A stretch of 62,876 bases of DNA, filler included, from Corallochytrium limacisporum Hawaii (lineage: Eukaryota; Protista; Pluriformea): assembly GCA_002811645.1 (NCBI GenBank). It is 3 parts of 3 records of this genome, joined end to end, with 100 filler letters (N's around TTAATTAATTAA, not from the genome) between each part and the next. Parts side by side here need not be neighbours in the genome. Positions count along the whole stretch, not along the records: positions 20,993 to 42,770 come from PDIP01000012.1; positions 42,871 to 62,876 come from PDIP01000160.1; 1 more part is not named here. One strand, written 5' to 3'. This document shows, in pieces, positions 33,501 to 44,835 of this stretch (position 1 is the first letter of the stretch; every line of letters begins with the position of its first letter). The notes below the pieces were generated by a model. The model saw only the letters and a program-made list of their open reading frames with translations. It was not told the origin of the DNA and ran no database searches. The translations under genes were made by a program, and so were the position numbers.

Positions 33501-34838
33501 CTGTAAGCCACTGACATCTCCGTGGGCACACAAAATTACATCGGCGAACATCAATAAATGAATGATGTTTACACACGCGTGCGCACCACAGGGCCCCGCA
33601 AATCCTTTCCCCCAACCCGCGGGGAGCATCTGCACGCTAACACCTACCTTAGAGATCGGCGAAACAGTAGGGACGAGACCAGGGACGCGCTTCCCTGTCC
33701 CGGCCCCCTTCCCCTCCAATGCCAATTTCTCCCCCCCCCCCCTTTCCTTTCGTCCGCGTCCGTGCGCGCAGGGAAAGCGAAAAGGGAAGAAGGAAAGGAA
33801 GGAAGGCGGGAGCGCGTTAATAGTTAGGCACTCGTGTATCCCCTATGGCCCCATCAGCAAAAGGATGGCTACCAATAATTTGGCACCACTCCGACATTTC
33901 TCTCTAACTGTGCCCAGAGATTTTCTTTTTTCCGCTTTCTTTCTTGTTTTTTAGGACTTTGTGTCCATTTCCCTTTTGGCACAAGCGAAGAGACTGGCCA
34001 ACAACGGGCGCCACGGAAAAAGTGTGCGAACTGAAATCGCTTTTTTGTTCGTTTGGGGATGTACACAAGCTCGGAACTACGGGGTACCACTGACCATACT
34101 GGCTCCCCATTCGCGTTCGCCTGGTGCCCCGGGGAGGGGGAGGGTTACACAAAGCGAAGGGGTGCTTTCTCTTCTTCCGTAGAACTCTCCTGGATCTGTG
34201 CGAACAGAAATATAAACTTGGGAGAACCAAAGACATACAATGCCTCGCAGCTGGCTGCTTTCGACGTGAAACTGCAATGGATCGTTCATTCATTCGCAAT
34301 AGCAGGAGTGGGTGGTTGGTTGGTTGGTGGGCCGGTGTTTTGGGTACCGTTGCTGGCCCCAAAGGAACTCCAAAGTCCATATCTGGACGACGGGTGACGA
34401 ATGCGTTCTTGGGCGGGCAGAAAGTCTCTTGCTCGCTTACCAAGAAAGAGTGGCGATCGGCAAGAGAGTCCGCATGTCGCTAAAACTTTCGATGAGCAAT
34501 GGACACGTCCTGCCATCACGTCCTATGAAGTTTCGCATGATCCATGCCCGAAGAAAACAATCTGTCTTACATGCCCAAGTAGTTTATTAGTGACAAGAAT
34601 TGTTCCTGGATCTACAGTTGCGCAAAAACTCTGTCTAACGAGCATTACCACCCTTGAGTGCAGTATTAATTAAAGCACTCAATCAAAAAGAATCAGAAAA
34701 GACCTCTTTTCTTGTGAAACTTACTTTTCGTCTCAAACCCTCTTGAATTCTGTAAAAGAGGGTGGTTGTATATTACCGTGACCTTCAGGATTCTGCGATC
34801 GACAAGGGAAAGTCCAAGACAAAACTGTGGACTGTGTT

Positions 34839-36216
34839 TCAATCAAGTGTGCAAGAAGTGGTAGGAGGATACTCAAAGGCCTGCATGGCATTGCAAGACT
34901 CGCCTGGAACGTCCCGGGCGTCACATGCGTAGTGTGTAGATCTCACAGATATGCCCTGGACAGAAGTTGCTTCACCAGAGACGGACGCCGTTGTGAGAAT
35001 ATCCTGAAAGGTAGCACTAAATGTAACACCAAGTAACTCGGCAGCATCAAGAATCAAAGTTTTGACCTGACCAAGAGTTGTAGTGTGGGGGCTGGTGCCC
35101 GAAGTATACTCTTTCTGCGTGCTTATGTACGGGCGGATACTGACAGAGTCCGAATAGTGTGTCATTCGTGTATCCCAGACGGGCTTCAACCTGATCCACA
35201 TACTGTGTAACGTTGGATATGGCGTATCCAGGGATTCTAACAGTTTCGTAGTTAGAAACTTTGGAGGTAGATTGTTCCGTGACCGTTTTGGACGTATCAT
35301 AGGACGCTGATATCGTATTGGAGAACCCTGTTTTTACTTCCGTTGAGACTTTTGAACTCATACCTGCCATACTGGCACCCACTTCGGCCGAAGCCTTGAC
35401 TTCTGTTGAGTATTTAAATGAGTCAGAGATAGAGTGGCTGCTAGTGGCGCTAGTGGTCAGTGTCACTGTGTCCTCGTAACTCAATTGCACGATATCACAT
35501 TGGGGGGACATGTTTTTGTTCATGGAGTACTGTACATTAGTCGGGATATTCCTGGACTCCATTGTCCACCAGGTACTTAGTACCTTTTCGGGCTCTACCG
35601 CTGCCCCCCCCCCATTGTATGCCGAAAGATAAGGGAAGCCAACGGCGAAAGGAACGCCGTCTCCTTGATCGTATTTAGTTTGGGCGCATGGCGTGTCAAG
35701 GCTGCCACCCATGACCTCATACAACGATTTCTGGTAAGTATCCAAATCGTCTTTGGACACATCCGGGTCGTAGAACGGTGCTATCAGAAGGGGACCCCAC
35801 ATCACATTCATCTTGCCCAAAAGGGATTCCCAGGAGCTACTCACATCCATCGACTTGGCCCCCTTCGCCAACATATTAAAGTTGCTGATGAATTGAAGAA
35901 GAAATTTTTCCAAATTCTCCTTCTCCTTCACGTATTCCTTGGCGATGATGGTGGTGTCACATTGGCCCCCCACAGCTTTCATGATATTTTGATTATTGAC
36001 ACCTTCGCGTAGCAGATCCATATCACAAACACCAAGAGGAGGCGAACACTTAACATTGTTATTGTTGGCTACGGTAAGATTCAGCGGATCAGTCTCAAAA
36101 GGCAAGGTTGGCTGGCTTTGAGAAGGCATAATTACATCGTTTGCTGGTGCCGCCTGAGTGATGCCCAAAACTGCGGCCAAAATGATGGATGTGCTGAGCA
36201 CCGGATTCTGATTCAT
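34839..36216 (-). pseudogene. Secreted aerolysin/ETX-MTX2-like protein, paralog 2 (single frameshift at ~35160)
   Basis: ORF 35047-36216 aligns with its paralogs to GYTND; homology continues in ORF 34839-35300 (HYSDS...AAELLGVTFS...YPP); consistent with loss of one AC from GACACACAC. Confidence 0.75.
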
Positions 36217-36295
36217 GGCTTTTGTCGATAAGTTACTTCTTTCTTAGTCTGTGAATGTTTCAGATTAGAACAAATTGCTTGCTGTTCAGGGGATC

Positions 36296-36304
36296 CTTAA
36301 GTAC
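36296..36304 (-). promoter_or_regulatory. TATA-like GTACTTAAG
   Basis: 80 nt before ATG 36216. Confidence 0.5.
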
Positions 36305-37970
36305 CTTGGCTGCGATTTAATGGGCTGCACATTCGTGACTTGGGTCCAGGTACAGCTCATTATTACCAAGGGCATTGTTTCGTTCACCAAAGACCAGCAC
36401 ATATTCTTCTACCTTTCCTTTGGGATCCGCGGACAAATTCGCACAGGCACGAACCACCCACACACACCCCGGGGGTTGTGTTCCGGCCCCATCTCTCCCT
36501 TCCCGCCTGCCCAAGGGGCCACCCCACCGTTCCACCATTTTCTTTTGAGTCATGGGTGAGGGGACGCAATGGGAGAGAAGGGGAAAAGGGGGGGAAAGGG
36601 GGCAGGGAAAGTAGAGGAGGTTAAAGTGGAGAGTAAGGTCATTCGGACTGGGACATCTATTCGGGTGTGTACGGTGGCCCCTTAGTCCCGAAGACTTTCT
36701 CATTGTCCATCTCGGCTTCGGGTGCCCAGGTACCCCATCTCCCCCGCCCCCCGCCTCCCCTCCCCCACTCCCCTATCTCCCGTCCGTGGGGAGCACCAAG
36801 CCCTCTTCCGACCTCCTGGGGACCCGTGTAAAACTTCATCCCAAGGTCAACCTTTGGGGCTACTGCTGTATGGTATAGTGAATAAATGGGCTGCCATCCG
36901 CGCACCGGACTGGTAATCACTCAATTTACTGCACAAGGATCCGGTGACTCCCAGATGAGCGGGGTTACAAGAGAGTGGGACGAAAAGGAACTTGCGAATT
37001 TTTTTTTTTGACAACCCTCCCGCTTCACCGCGAAGGGTGCCCCAGTTCTTGCTGACAGGCCGGGCACTTTCCAGCCATTGTGTACCAGCGCAGGTTGAAC
37101 AAGCAAACGACCGAGGCCTGGCCGTCCGCCCCAGAGTGAGGGCGTTTAGGGGGTGGGGGTTCCTGAGAGGGGCGAGACACAAAACTCTCTTCATCTCCGG
37201 GATTCGCGGCAAAGTAAAGGTATGGCTTTACCCTGAGGCAAAGTAAAAGCAAGTAGACACGGTGTCAAACCAGAATCTCCGCGGGATCCGTTCGGTCGTC
37301 GCCAACGCCTCACAATTCCCGAGAATGACACCTGTTCGTCCGAAGGTGGTCCATTGAAGTAAGAAAGGCGGTTATGATAGGCCAGGGCAATCTATCGTGC
37401 CCAAGGGGAGTGAAGTGGCGGTGGTCCATCTAACGTGACTATCCGTTCCTGGAGACGTGATATTGATCCCTGGAGACGAATTCCGGACACTAGATCGTGG
37501 TGCTGCACAGCGGTCATAGAGTGCAGAGTAAAATAGGTTGATATTGCTTATCACTGAGTTTGGGACTGTAGTATTACGGTGGTGTAGCCCTAGTTCCACG
37601 GTATCAGGAGCACGCGGAGCCTCCCGCAAGCGTACGTGGCATCCGGGACATCCATCGCCGTCCGATTATCATGCAGAGATACTTAGTATCTAGCACTGTT
37701 CCTGGCCCGATCACACCAAATGGCAATCAGGCGCTAGGGATGCATTCTGAATCATGTGCGTCTGCCAATCGAGGGGCCTTTCGAACACGCAGAGTCATGA
37801 CAAGTGCAGTTTATTCGCCTGTATAGAGAGTTGACGGATGTAGCCGTCATCTAGGTGATTGCTGTCCTCGTTTTCATATACAGATTTCCTTGTATCGGTG
37901 AGCTTCAACGGAGGTGCCGTGATTTCATGATTTACCACTTTAGTTGAACGGTGACGATGATGGACAGCTC

Positions 37971-39281
37971 CTAGCAGGAGGATTTCGGAGGATAGGTTAT
38001 TGCCTCCAGCGGAGTACATTCATCCTTCGGTATTAGACCTTTCTGGACAGCACCTAGGTCGCATGAACTGTGACGAGTGGTTACAGCTACACCCTGGACG
38101 GAAGTTGCTTTGCCAAACACCGTAGCCGTGGAAAGTATATCTTCGAAGATTGGAGAAAATGTGACTCCAAGCAAACCGGCGGCTTCGACAACCAATTCCT
38201 TGACCTCAGCCATGGTGGTTGTGTGCGTGCTCATGTTCTCTTTAGCCAGCTTCACAAGAGATGTGTAAGGATAGAGAATCTGTGAATCCGAGTAGTGGAC
38301 GTCATTCGTGTATCCCAGATGGGCTTCCACTTGGTCCACATACTGCGTCACATTGGAGACGGCGTTGGGAGGAATGTGCGCCGTGTATGTATTCGATACC
38401 TTGGTAGTGGTAGATTTTGTAACCGTTTTTGATTCGCTGTAGGCTGCAGAAATGGTATTAGAGAATCCCACAGTGAGTTCCTCGCTGACGCTGGCACCAA
38501 TGCCAGCGAACTTGGCGCTCACAGACGTTGAAGTCTTACTTTGCATGGACATTGTGAAGGAGTCGGAGATGGAGTAGCTGTTGGTTGCACTTGTGGTCAG
38601 GGCCACGTCTTTCTCGTATCCAATGTCCTCCGTATCGCATGAAGGTCCAATGTTGGTATTGGTGTCGTACTGTGCATGCATTGGAACACGCGTGTAGTCC
38701 ATTGTCCACCAAGTACTTTGCACATATTCCGGGTTTGGCATAAGGGCAGCATTATACGTATGCCACAGGGGAAAGGCAATGGCATATGGAATCCCATTCC
38801 CTTGGTCGTAGCTGTCGGAAGCACAAGGAGTGACATCAGTACCTTGCATGACCGCATAGAGTTTTTGAACGTAGTCGTTCAAGGCGTCCTCGTCCACATC
38901 TGGGTCGTAGTATGGTGCTTGCAGAAGCGGTCCCCAAAGGATTGTCATCTTGTTCATGGTGTCCCACCATGCCGTTTCAAGTTCCATGGTGGACGATGAA
39001 TTCTGTGGGTAATTGAAGTTGCCCACGAATTGGAGGATATAGTCTTCTAGATTTTCTTTCTGGGCAACGTATTCTTTTGCGATCGCCCTGGTATCGCACT
39101 GGGCACCAAGGGCAAAAAAGAAATTTGGGTTATCCCAACCCTGCTGTAGCAAACTTATGTCGCAAGTAGCGTAGGGACTTTCGCAAATCGCAAAACCATC
39201 GGAAGCAGTTAAGGGAGCACCATGCGTGACAGTTGCAACCGCGGCCAAGGTGACAGCTGCACATTGACGTTTAAAATCCAT
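37971..39281 (-). CDS. Secreted aerolysin/ETX-MTX2-like beta-pore-forming protein, paralog 3 (intact, 436 aa)
   Basis: Signal peptide MDFKRQCAAVTLAAVATVTHG; Cys-containing N-domain; S/T-rich amphipathic stem TTSATNSYSISDSFTMSMQSKTSTSVSAKFAGIGASVSEELTVGFS followed by TAHIPPNAVS. Confidence 0.8.
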   Translation of the reverse strand: MDFKRQCAAVTLAAVATVTHGAPLTASDGFAICESPYATCDISLLQQGWDNPNFFFALGAQCDTRAIAKEYVAQKENLEDYILQFVGNFNYPQNSSSTMELETAWWDTMNKMTILWGPLLQAPYYDPDVDEDALNDYVQKLYAVMQGTDVTPCASDSYDQGNGIPYAIAFPLWHTYNAALMPNPEYVQSTWWTMDYTRVPMHAQYDTNTNIGPSCDTEDIGYEKDVALTTSATNSYSISDSFTMSMQSKTSTSVSAKFAGIGASVSEELTVGFSNTISAAYSESKTVTKSTTTKVSNTYTAHIPPNAVSNVTQYVDQVEAHLGYTNDVHYSDSQILYPYTSLVKLAKENMSTHTTTMAEVKELVVEAAGLLGVTFSPIFEDILSTATVFGKATSVQGVAVTTRHSSCDLGAVQKGLIPKDECTPLEAITYPPKSSC

Positions 39282-39362
39282 GATCAAGTTTTGATTGTTC
39301 CTGCGCTTAGGAGTTGTCTTAATGGTGCCGACGCCCACTGCAACCTTGCTGATCAGTCGATC

Positions 39363-39371
39363 CTTATATAC
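39363..39371 (-). promoter_or_regulatory. TATA-like GTATATAAG
   Basis: 82 nt before ATG 39281. Confidence 0.5.
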
Positions 39372-41928
39372 CCTGCGGTAAAGTAGACTGACTGTGCCGC
39401 CTTACTCCCGGAATAGGGAAAATTTTCGTCGCTGGCCGTTTAGTCTGCATGATGTCCTGGTGACTGACATATACCCTTGGATATGTGTGGGTCAGATACC
39501 ACACAGAATGGTGATGGAAAGGACGAAAGCCACTTGGCCGCGGTTGCGATCGTGTTTCCCGTCGTTGGACTTCCACAAAGCTTTCTGGGCATTTGCAGAT
39601 TCTATCCTTCACTCCAACAGCTAATTAAGATCATTCGGAACAGTTGGCAAGCTTGGTGTTTCTTTGACGTAAGCATGCGTATAGGCCTGCCGATGCCCCA
39701 CGGAGATGATGGATGTCCATGATAGAGACAGATGACTCGGACGCTCCCTTTCGCAACCATTTTGCCTGCCGCCCCATTGTTTCTGTCGCATAGGTGACCT
39801 CCGGACAGTCATGGTTTTCTGTACCTCAGCAGCGCATCGATCCGAATCAATCGATGCTTCGGTCTGCTTCAATTGCATCACCGAAAACCCCACTTCCCCG
39901 TCTCCTTTCCGGTTCCGCAAACTTTGTCCTCCCTCGGACCCAGGCACAGGACACCTGACGATTGTCCTTCTTTTCAATGCAATTCCTCAATTTTCAAAAT
40001 ACTGACATTCTCAAGGTCTGAGGCAAACCTGTCCACTTCTGGTCCTGACTGAATGAAACCGTGCACAGTAGACTTCTTTGTGGGCCCATGGGGTCGACAC
40101 AACTCCACTTCACCGGGACACACTACATTCCACCGAATATGCCTAAGACCATGGTGCGGAAGGTGCGGACCGGTGTGAAAATGTGGCTTGCCCACGTAAA
40201 TGACCTTTGCGCAAATTGGTTGCGATGGGACCCAACCCGCAGTTTACCATCAGCCCAGGCTATTGACCCGACATGGTGCTATAGTCGTCTCAACATCCAA
40301 ACGATCCTTTGGCTGTCAGCTATTGATCACGATGGCACTTCTCCTTTTGCATACCCAGCTACTGACGCGTTAAGGTTGCATTCATGTACCGCCGCGGGAG
40401 GGCAGCCCAAACGCCTTTGCGGCGGGGCTAGCCGACGTATTTCGGGTCAAGTGAGGTCGTTAGGATATCATTTGATGATCCCAAGCCCTGATAGCGCTGA
40501 GATTACGGACGGATGTGATCGATCTGTCTTCCAATTCTCAGTTTGTGCACAGTTATTTCCATGGACTCTTGCAACGATAGTCTTCCCTTCTTTGCCCATT
40601 CGTAGAATACAACAGTGTTTTAAGTCTTCCACGTGCGTCCTGGTGTTGCTTGAGCATGGCTCTCAAAAATCTACGATGTTGTGACGCAATGAGCCAGGAG
40701 TCGGAGGCACCATGGACTACCAGCAAATAATGACATTGTATCCGGTAGCTCCATCAAACAAGTCCAGGCCATTGCTTTCAGAATCCCACTGCAATCCCCG
40801 ATGTCCATCATGCAGGCATGAGGATGAAAATATACTACTTGTTCACACAATTGCTCGTAAGCTCAGTTCTGAATTGTGGCATCGTGAAAGGATGACCTTA
40901 TTGTGTGAACTGTGATTCCCACTTGGAACCGGGCCTGCCAAACTCGTCAGCAATGGACAAATGTTACGAGTTTAGCTTATCGAGAGGTACCGGGTACACT
41001 ACCAAGGAGCCGGTCTTCCGTATGTTATCGTAAAAGTATGCAAAACCTCTCGATTCGGTCTATCCGTTTGCCGCCCCGGCTGAACATACATTCAGGCCCG
41101 GAAGGTGAATCACCAACCTTCCGCGCCTGCTCCTCGCGCACTCCGCTGACACGCGATAGTTGCGGTAGTTTTTCAGTAGAACGAGGATCTGCGGTAACTG
41201 GCATAGTATGGTAGCAGCTAAACAGCAAAGGAGCGCGAGTTGGCGGGGGGTTGGGGGTTACCGATTTTGATAACCGGAACCGTTGACGAGGTGTGCCCGG
41301 ACTTGTACTTCCTCTCACCTCCACCTCCCCATTTTACGGGCTTCTTTCTTGGAGGTAAGGGAGGGGGGAACCCCTGCCCCCTTGCCGTGCCCAATGTTCC
41401 CCTCTCTCTTCCCAGTACTTTGACTACTACCCACCCCGGTGTCCATTGTTTCTCTCTCTTTCTTCGTCTGAATTCGCAGAGGAGGGATTGGGGTGGGTTT
41501 TGCTGTGGAATATATATATTTTTGAATCAGAGCAGTTGGATTTTGTTGGACGGCTGTGAGATGAAAGGGCTGGGCAGGGATTTGGGAAGTCGCCGACGGT
41601 AAGGGCCTCAGTTTGACGGCGGAGCGTTTGACGGCCATAGGCATGCCCATCAGCCACTCCATATGTATACTACCGCTTCGTAAGTTTTGATAATGACAGC
41701 ACAGCAATCGGGAGAACGCATTACAGAAAGCATTCTTGCTAGACCATGTGTAGTTTTGAGAATAGGACTGGTTTATGGTAGTATTGTAGTGCGATGATTG
41801 CAAAGGGTAAATTCTTTAAAAGGTCAGACCAGAACTATCAATATCAAAGTTGGTCTATCACCTCCTTATGTAGAGCGGGACTCCTCGGCGGTGGGTTCAC
41901 CCATAGGTTTCTAGATTGGCTGGCGCCT

Positions 41929-42498
41929 TCACACTTTGGTGTTAGTAGGAGGTTGGGGCTTCGGAATCTGGCGCCTTGATACCGAAGGGAATACTTTAGT
42001 GGGCGGAGGAGAAATATCCTTCTCAGTCTGGCGCCTTGGCTTTTGGGATTCCCTTCGCACCTCAATGAAGTCAATGGAGTCGTCTGCGCTTTGCCATGTG
42101 CTCGCTTTGACCGGTTCTCCTAGTAAGAGTTCTCCGCTATCGCCTCGGAGGATCGGGAGAAGATATTCAACACTGTCAGAAACAGCCACAGATTGGGCAG
42201 CGGCCAAATCATCATTCAAGGTTACAGCGTCGGCAACTTCGGCCTGTCTTCGCTGTGGGTTTGCCACTTTCAAGACGCTCTCGGCCGCAACTGCGACATT
42301 AGGATCTAATGCCAACTCCCAGTCTGAGGGGTTTGTGAGTCTGGGAATGAGAACAAGCACAGCATCATTCACGTTCGCAGCGTCGGCAACGTCAGCGGCG
42401 ACAACAGCCTCCGCAGCCAGGTTGATCGGGGCAGCAGCTGTAGTGGTTGCAGCAGCCAGCAAGCTGAGCGCGGCCAATGAAACCTTTGCAGACATCAT
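41929..42498 (-). CDS. Secreted prepro-protein with repeated RR(Q/E) dibasic sites
   Basis: Signal peptide MMSAKVSLAALSLLAAATTTAAAP; Ala/Asp/Val-rich pro-region; RRQ or RRE x4 in frame and another RRQ just past the TGA. Confidence 0.7.
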   Translation of the reverse strand: MMSAKVSLAALSLLAAATTTAAAPINLAAEAVVAADVADAANVNDAVLVLIPRLTNPSDWELALDPNVAVAAESVLKVANPQRRQAEVADAVTLNDDLAAAQSVAVSDSVEYLLPILRGDSGELLLGEPVKASTWQSADDSIDFIEVRRESQKPRRQTEKDISPPPTKVFPSVSRRQIPKPQPPTNTKV

Positions 42499-42770
42499 AT
42501 TGGAGTTCAATTTGATTGTTCAGATAGACGAGAGCTGTGTCAATGCAACAGTATTTAAGCACGCTTGCTTTGTGTTTCCTATCATCTGCACAGAAATTGG
42601 CCTATGTCCTGTGCTTTAAATACCCATATGTGCAGATCTGATCCGAGGTCCCAACCTGCTTGAGTACAGAGTTCGCTTCAGAAAGTGATGAATTATTCTC
42701 ACGATGGATATCAATATTGGTGGGATTTTACCCTGTAGGAAACATGAATGTCTTTAACCTCCATTTCCGC

Positions 42771-42870
42771 NNNNNNNNNNNNNNNNNNNNNNNNNNNNNN
42801 NNNNNNNNNNNNNNTTAATTAATTAANNNNNNNNNNNNNNNNNNNNNNNNNNNNNNNNNNNNNNNNNNNN
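42771..42870. other. Artificial contig spacer (N44-TTAATTAATTAA-N44)
   Basis: Same design as 20893-20992. Confidence 0.97.
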
Positions 42871-42970
42871 CCCCCCCGGGGGAGGGAAATGGCCCAGCAA
42901 AGGCCCCCCCGGTGAACAGTCCTTAGCGCACCGGACAACGCGACCAATCAACCGCAGTTGCAGCCGTTGC
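42871..42970 (+). repeat. Terminal direct repeat, copy 1 (copy 2 at the window end)
   Basis: 42890-42970 matches 62796-62876 at 80/81 nt; both are preceded by a CnGn run. Confidence 0.95.
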
Positions 42971-43339
42971 CTTGTCATCGTGGAATGACCTTTGCTCCAA
43001 AATTGCTTGCAGTTACACCGTGCTGAGGGTTTAATTCATCATCTCTTCATCTGTACTGTGTTTCAATCGTGCTATTTCAGACGACCGAGATGAATGAGCG
43101 ACGAAATGTCCAAAATGCCGCCGGTTACAAAGCGATAAGGGCGACCATTGAATCCGGTTGAACACTGGGTGGCTGTAAACGATGAAATGACAGTGTGAAG
43201 TTTCTGTCTACAATTTTATAGATACTAAGTAGAATTCAAGGAGTCCCTTCAATATAGAAGTAGGGACGGTGCCAGGTTATTTGTTTCAAACTAAATTTAA
43301 AGAAAGAAACTAGAACCAAAAGAGGGTTTACGATAGATC

Positions 43340-44545
43340 ATGTTGTCAACATTAGCGCGTCGGAGTTTTACAGCAGCAGTGCAACGGGGCCCAGTACGAA
43401 CCACTTCAGTATCCATTTTGCGTCAGGCTTACTCCAGTACACGGGATGAGGAGACTAGGGCTACACCAACAAAGGACCCCATGTACATGGTGAAGGTTCG
43501 TTTACCCAGCAACCTGGTTGTGGAAATGGATAGCAGACGTGCTCTGTACGCAGCTGAAGAGCATGAATCTTCCCTACAGGGCAAGGCTGGCAACACTACC
43601 AAAGATATTAGCGAACTCCAGAGCACCCATGCGCGTAGGTTTGAAGGGCCAAAACGCCGGCAAGAAGAAATGCGCGCCAGACAGCAGCAGATTCAGCAGG
43701 ACAAGGAAGCCCGGGAGATGTACCATAGGCAGCAATCCCAGCAGGCCCAGCAGAGACAACAGTCTGCAGCTGAACAGCTAGCGGCTGTGAAGGATGAAAT
43801 TCCTGTGCAGATTGATAGTCTGCTGACCATGAACATTCACACCACCCATCTTATGCTACCCCAGGGGCTCCTGTTTGACCTGCAGGAGTTTGAGAATATG
43901 ACCCTGGATGGCGATGAGGCTAAGGTAGAAGAGCGCTTGAACAAGACTGGCGAGGAGTACTTCCGCGCCAATTCATTGGAAGAATTCCACGAGAAGGTTG
44001 GCAACTTGTCCAATGCCCACTCCAAGCTCTTGGAGCAAGCCATGAAGGAGAACAGTGACTTTGTCAGCGGCACACAGGACATGTGGTTCAACATGCTCCA
44101 GGAAGAGGCAGCTGAATTGGCCAATTTGTTCACGGACAGCAACATTGAATGCTTCGTGAAGCTCTGGCAGTACCTTGAGGTACCACAGACCATCAGGAAG
44201 CAAGGCAAGCGACATGTGCCACTCTGGGTGCCTGGTGCCAACCGCACGCAGATGACTTTCATCGGTGACCAGATCAGGTCCCAGCACAAACTAAACTTTG
44301 GCATCACCGATAGCGTAAGCACTGCCATGGACCTTCCGACTTGGAACGACTCTGATGATAACGTCATGCTTACCATGACGACTCTGAAATGGCGCGCACA
44401 GCGCATGCGCAAGCACCGTCGTATGAAACGCCGCAAAGCCAATCGCGCAGACAGGCAAAAGATGAAGGCACGTAAGGATGCTAAGCGTGTCAATCAGCTT
44501 ATGGCTGAGATTGCTCGCCGTGGTGGCATCGTTAAGGGCAACTAA
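43340..44545 (+). CDS. Mitochondrial ribosomal protein mS38 / COX24 / AURKAIP1-like (DUF1713 C-terminus)
   Basis: Mitochondrial presequence MLSTLARRSF; C-terminal TTLKWRAQRMRKHRRMKRRKANR motif. Confidence 0.72.
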   Translation: MLSTLARRSFTAAVQRGPVRTTSVSILRQAYSSTRDEETRATPTKDPMYMVKVRLPSNLVVEMDSRRALYAAEEHESSLQGKAGNTTKDISELQSTHARRFEGPKRRQEEMRARQQQIQQDKEAREMYHRQQSQQAQQRQQSAAEQLAAVKDEIPVQIDSLLTMNIHTTHLMLPQGLLFDLQEFENMTLDGDEAKVEERLNKTGEEYFRANSLEEFHEKVGNLSNAHSKLLEQAMKENSDFVSGTQDMWFNMLQEEAAELANLFTDSNIECFVKLWQYLEVPQTIRKQGKRHVPLWVPGANRTQMTFIGDQIRSQHKLNFGITDSVSTAMDLPTWNDSDDNVMLTMTTLKWRAQRMRKHRRMKRRKANRADRQKMKARKDAKRVNQLMAEIARRGGIVKGN

Positions 44546-44835
44546 GTCACGACAAGAGGCCATGGAAGTGCCGCTTTAAATGTAGTGCAACTGTACTGGC
44601 CAATGACCAGAAGATACGTAGTGGATTAAGCGCTTGTTGAGTCAAACAAACCTCTGTAACATTTTAAATAGAATCCATCATGTTTAAATACCACATCGAA
44701 ATCAATCGATTGTCTTTAGCTTATGCGTTCATGTCCTAACAGACCATGCTAATCATCTATTCCAAAAGACTTGTGCAGCTTTACACTTACGTCAAGACTG
44801 TGCGTCGTTCACAGTGGGGTCTGTGGTATTCTGCT

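Noticed and set aside
39621-41214. ORFs of 70-207 aa (e.g. 40061-40684)
   Set aside because: No recognisable motif or coding-like composition; possibly decayed sequence
1-42770. Circularity of contigs 1 and 2
   Set aside because: No matching sequence between their starts and ends; contig 1 ends in (TC)n, so it cannot be assessed
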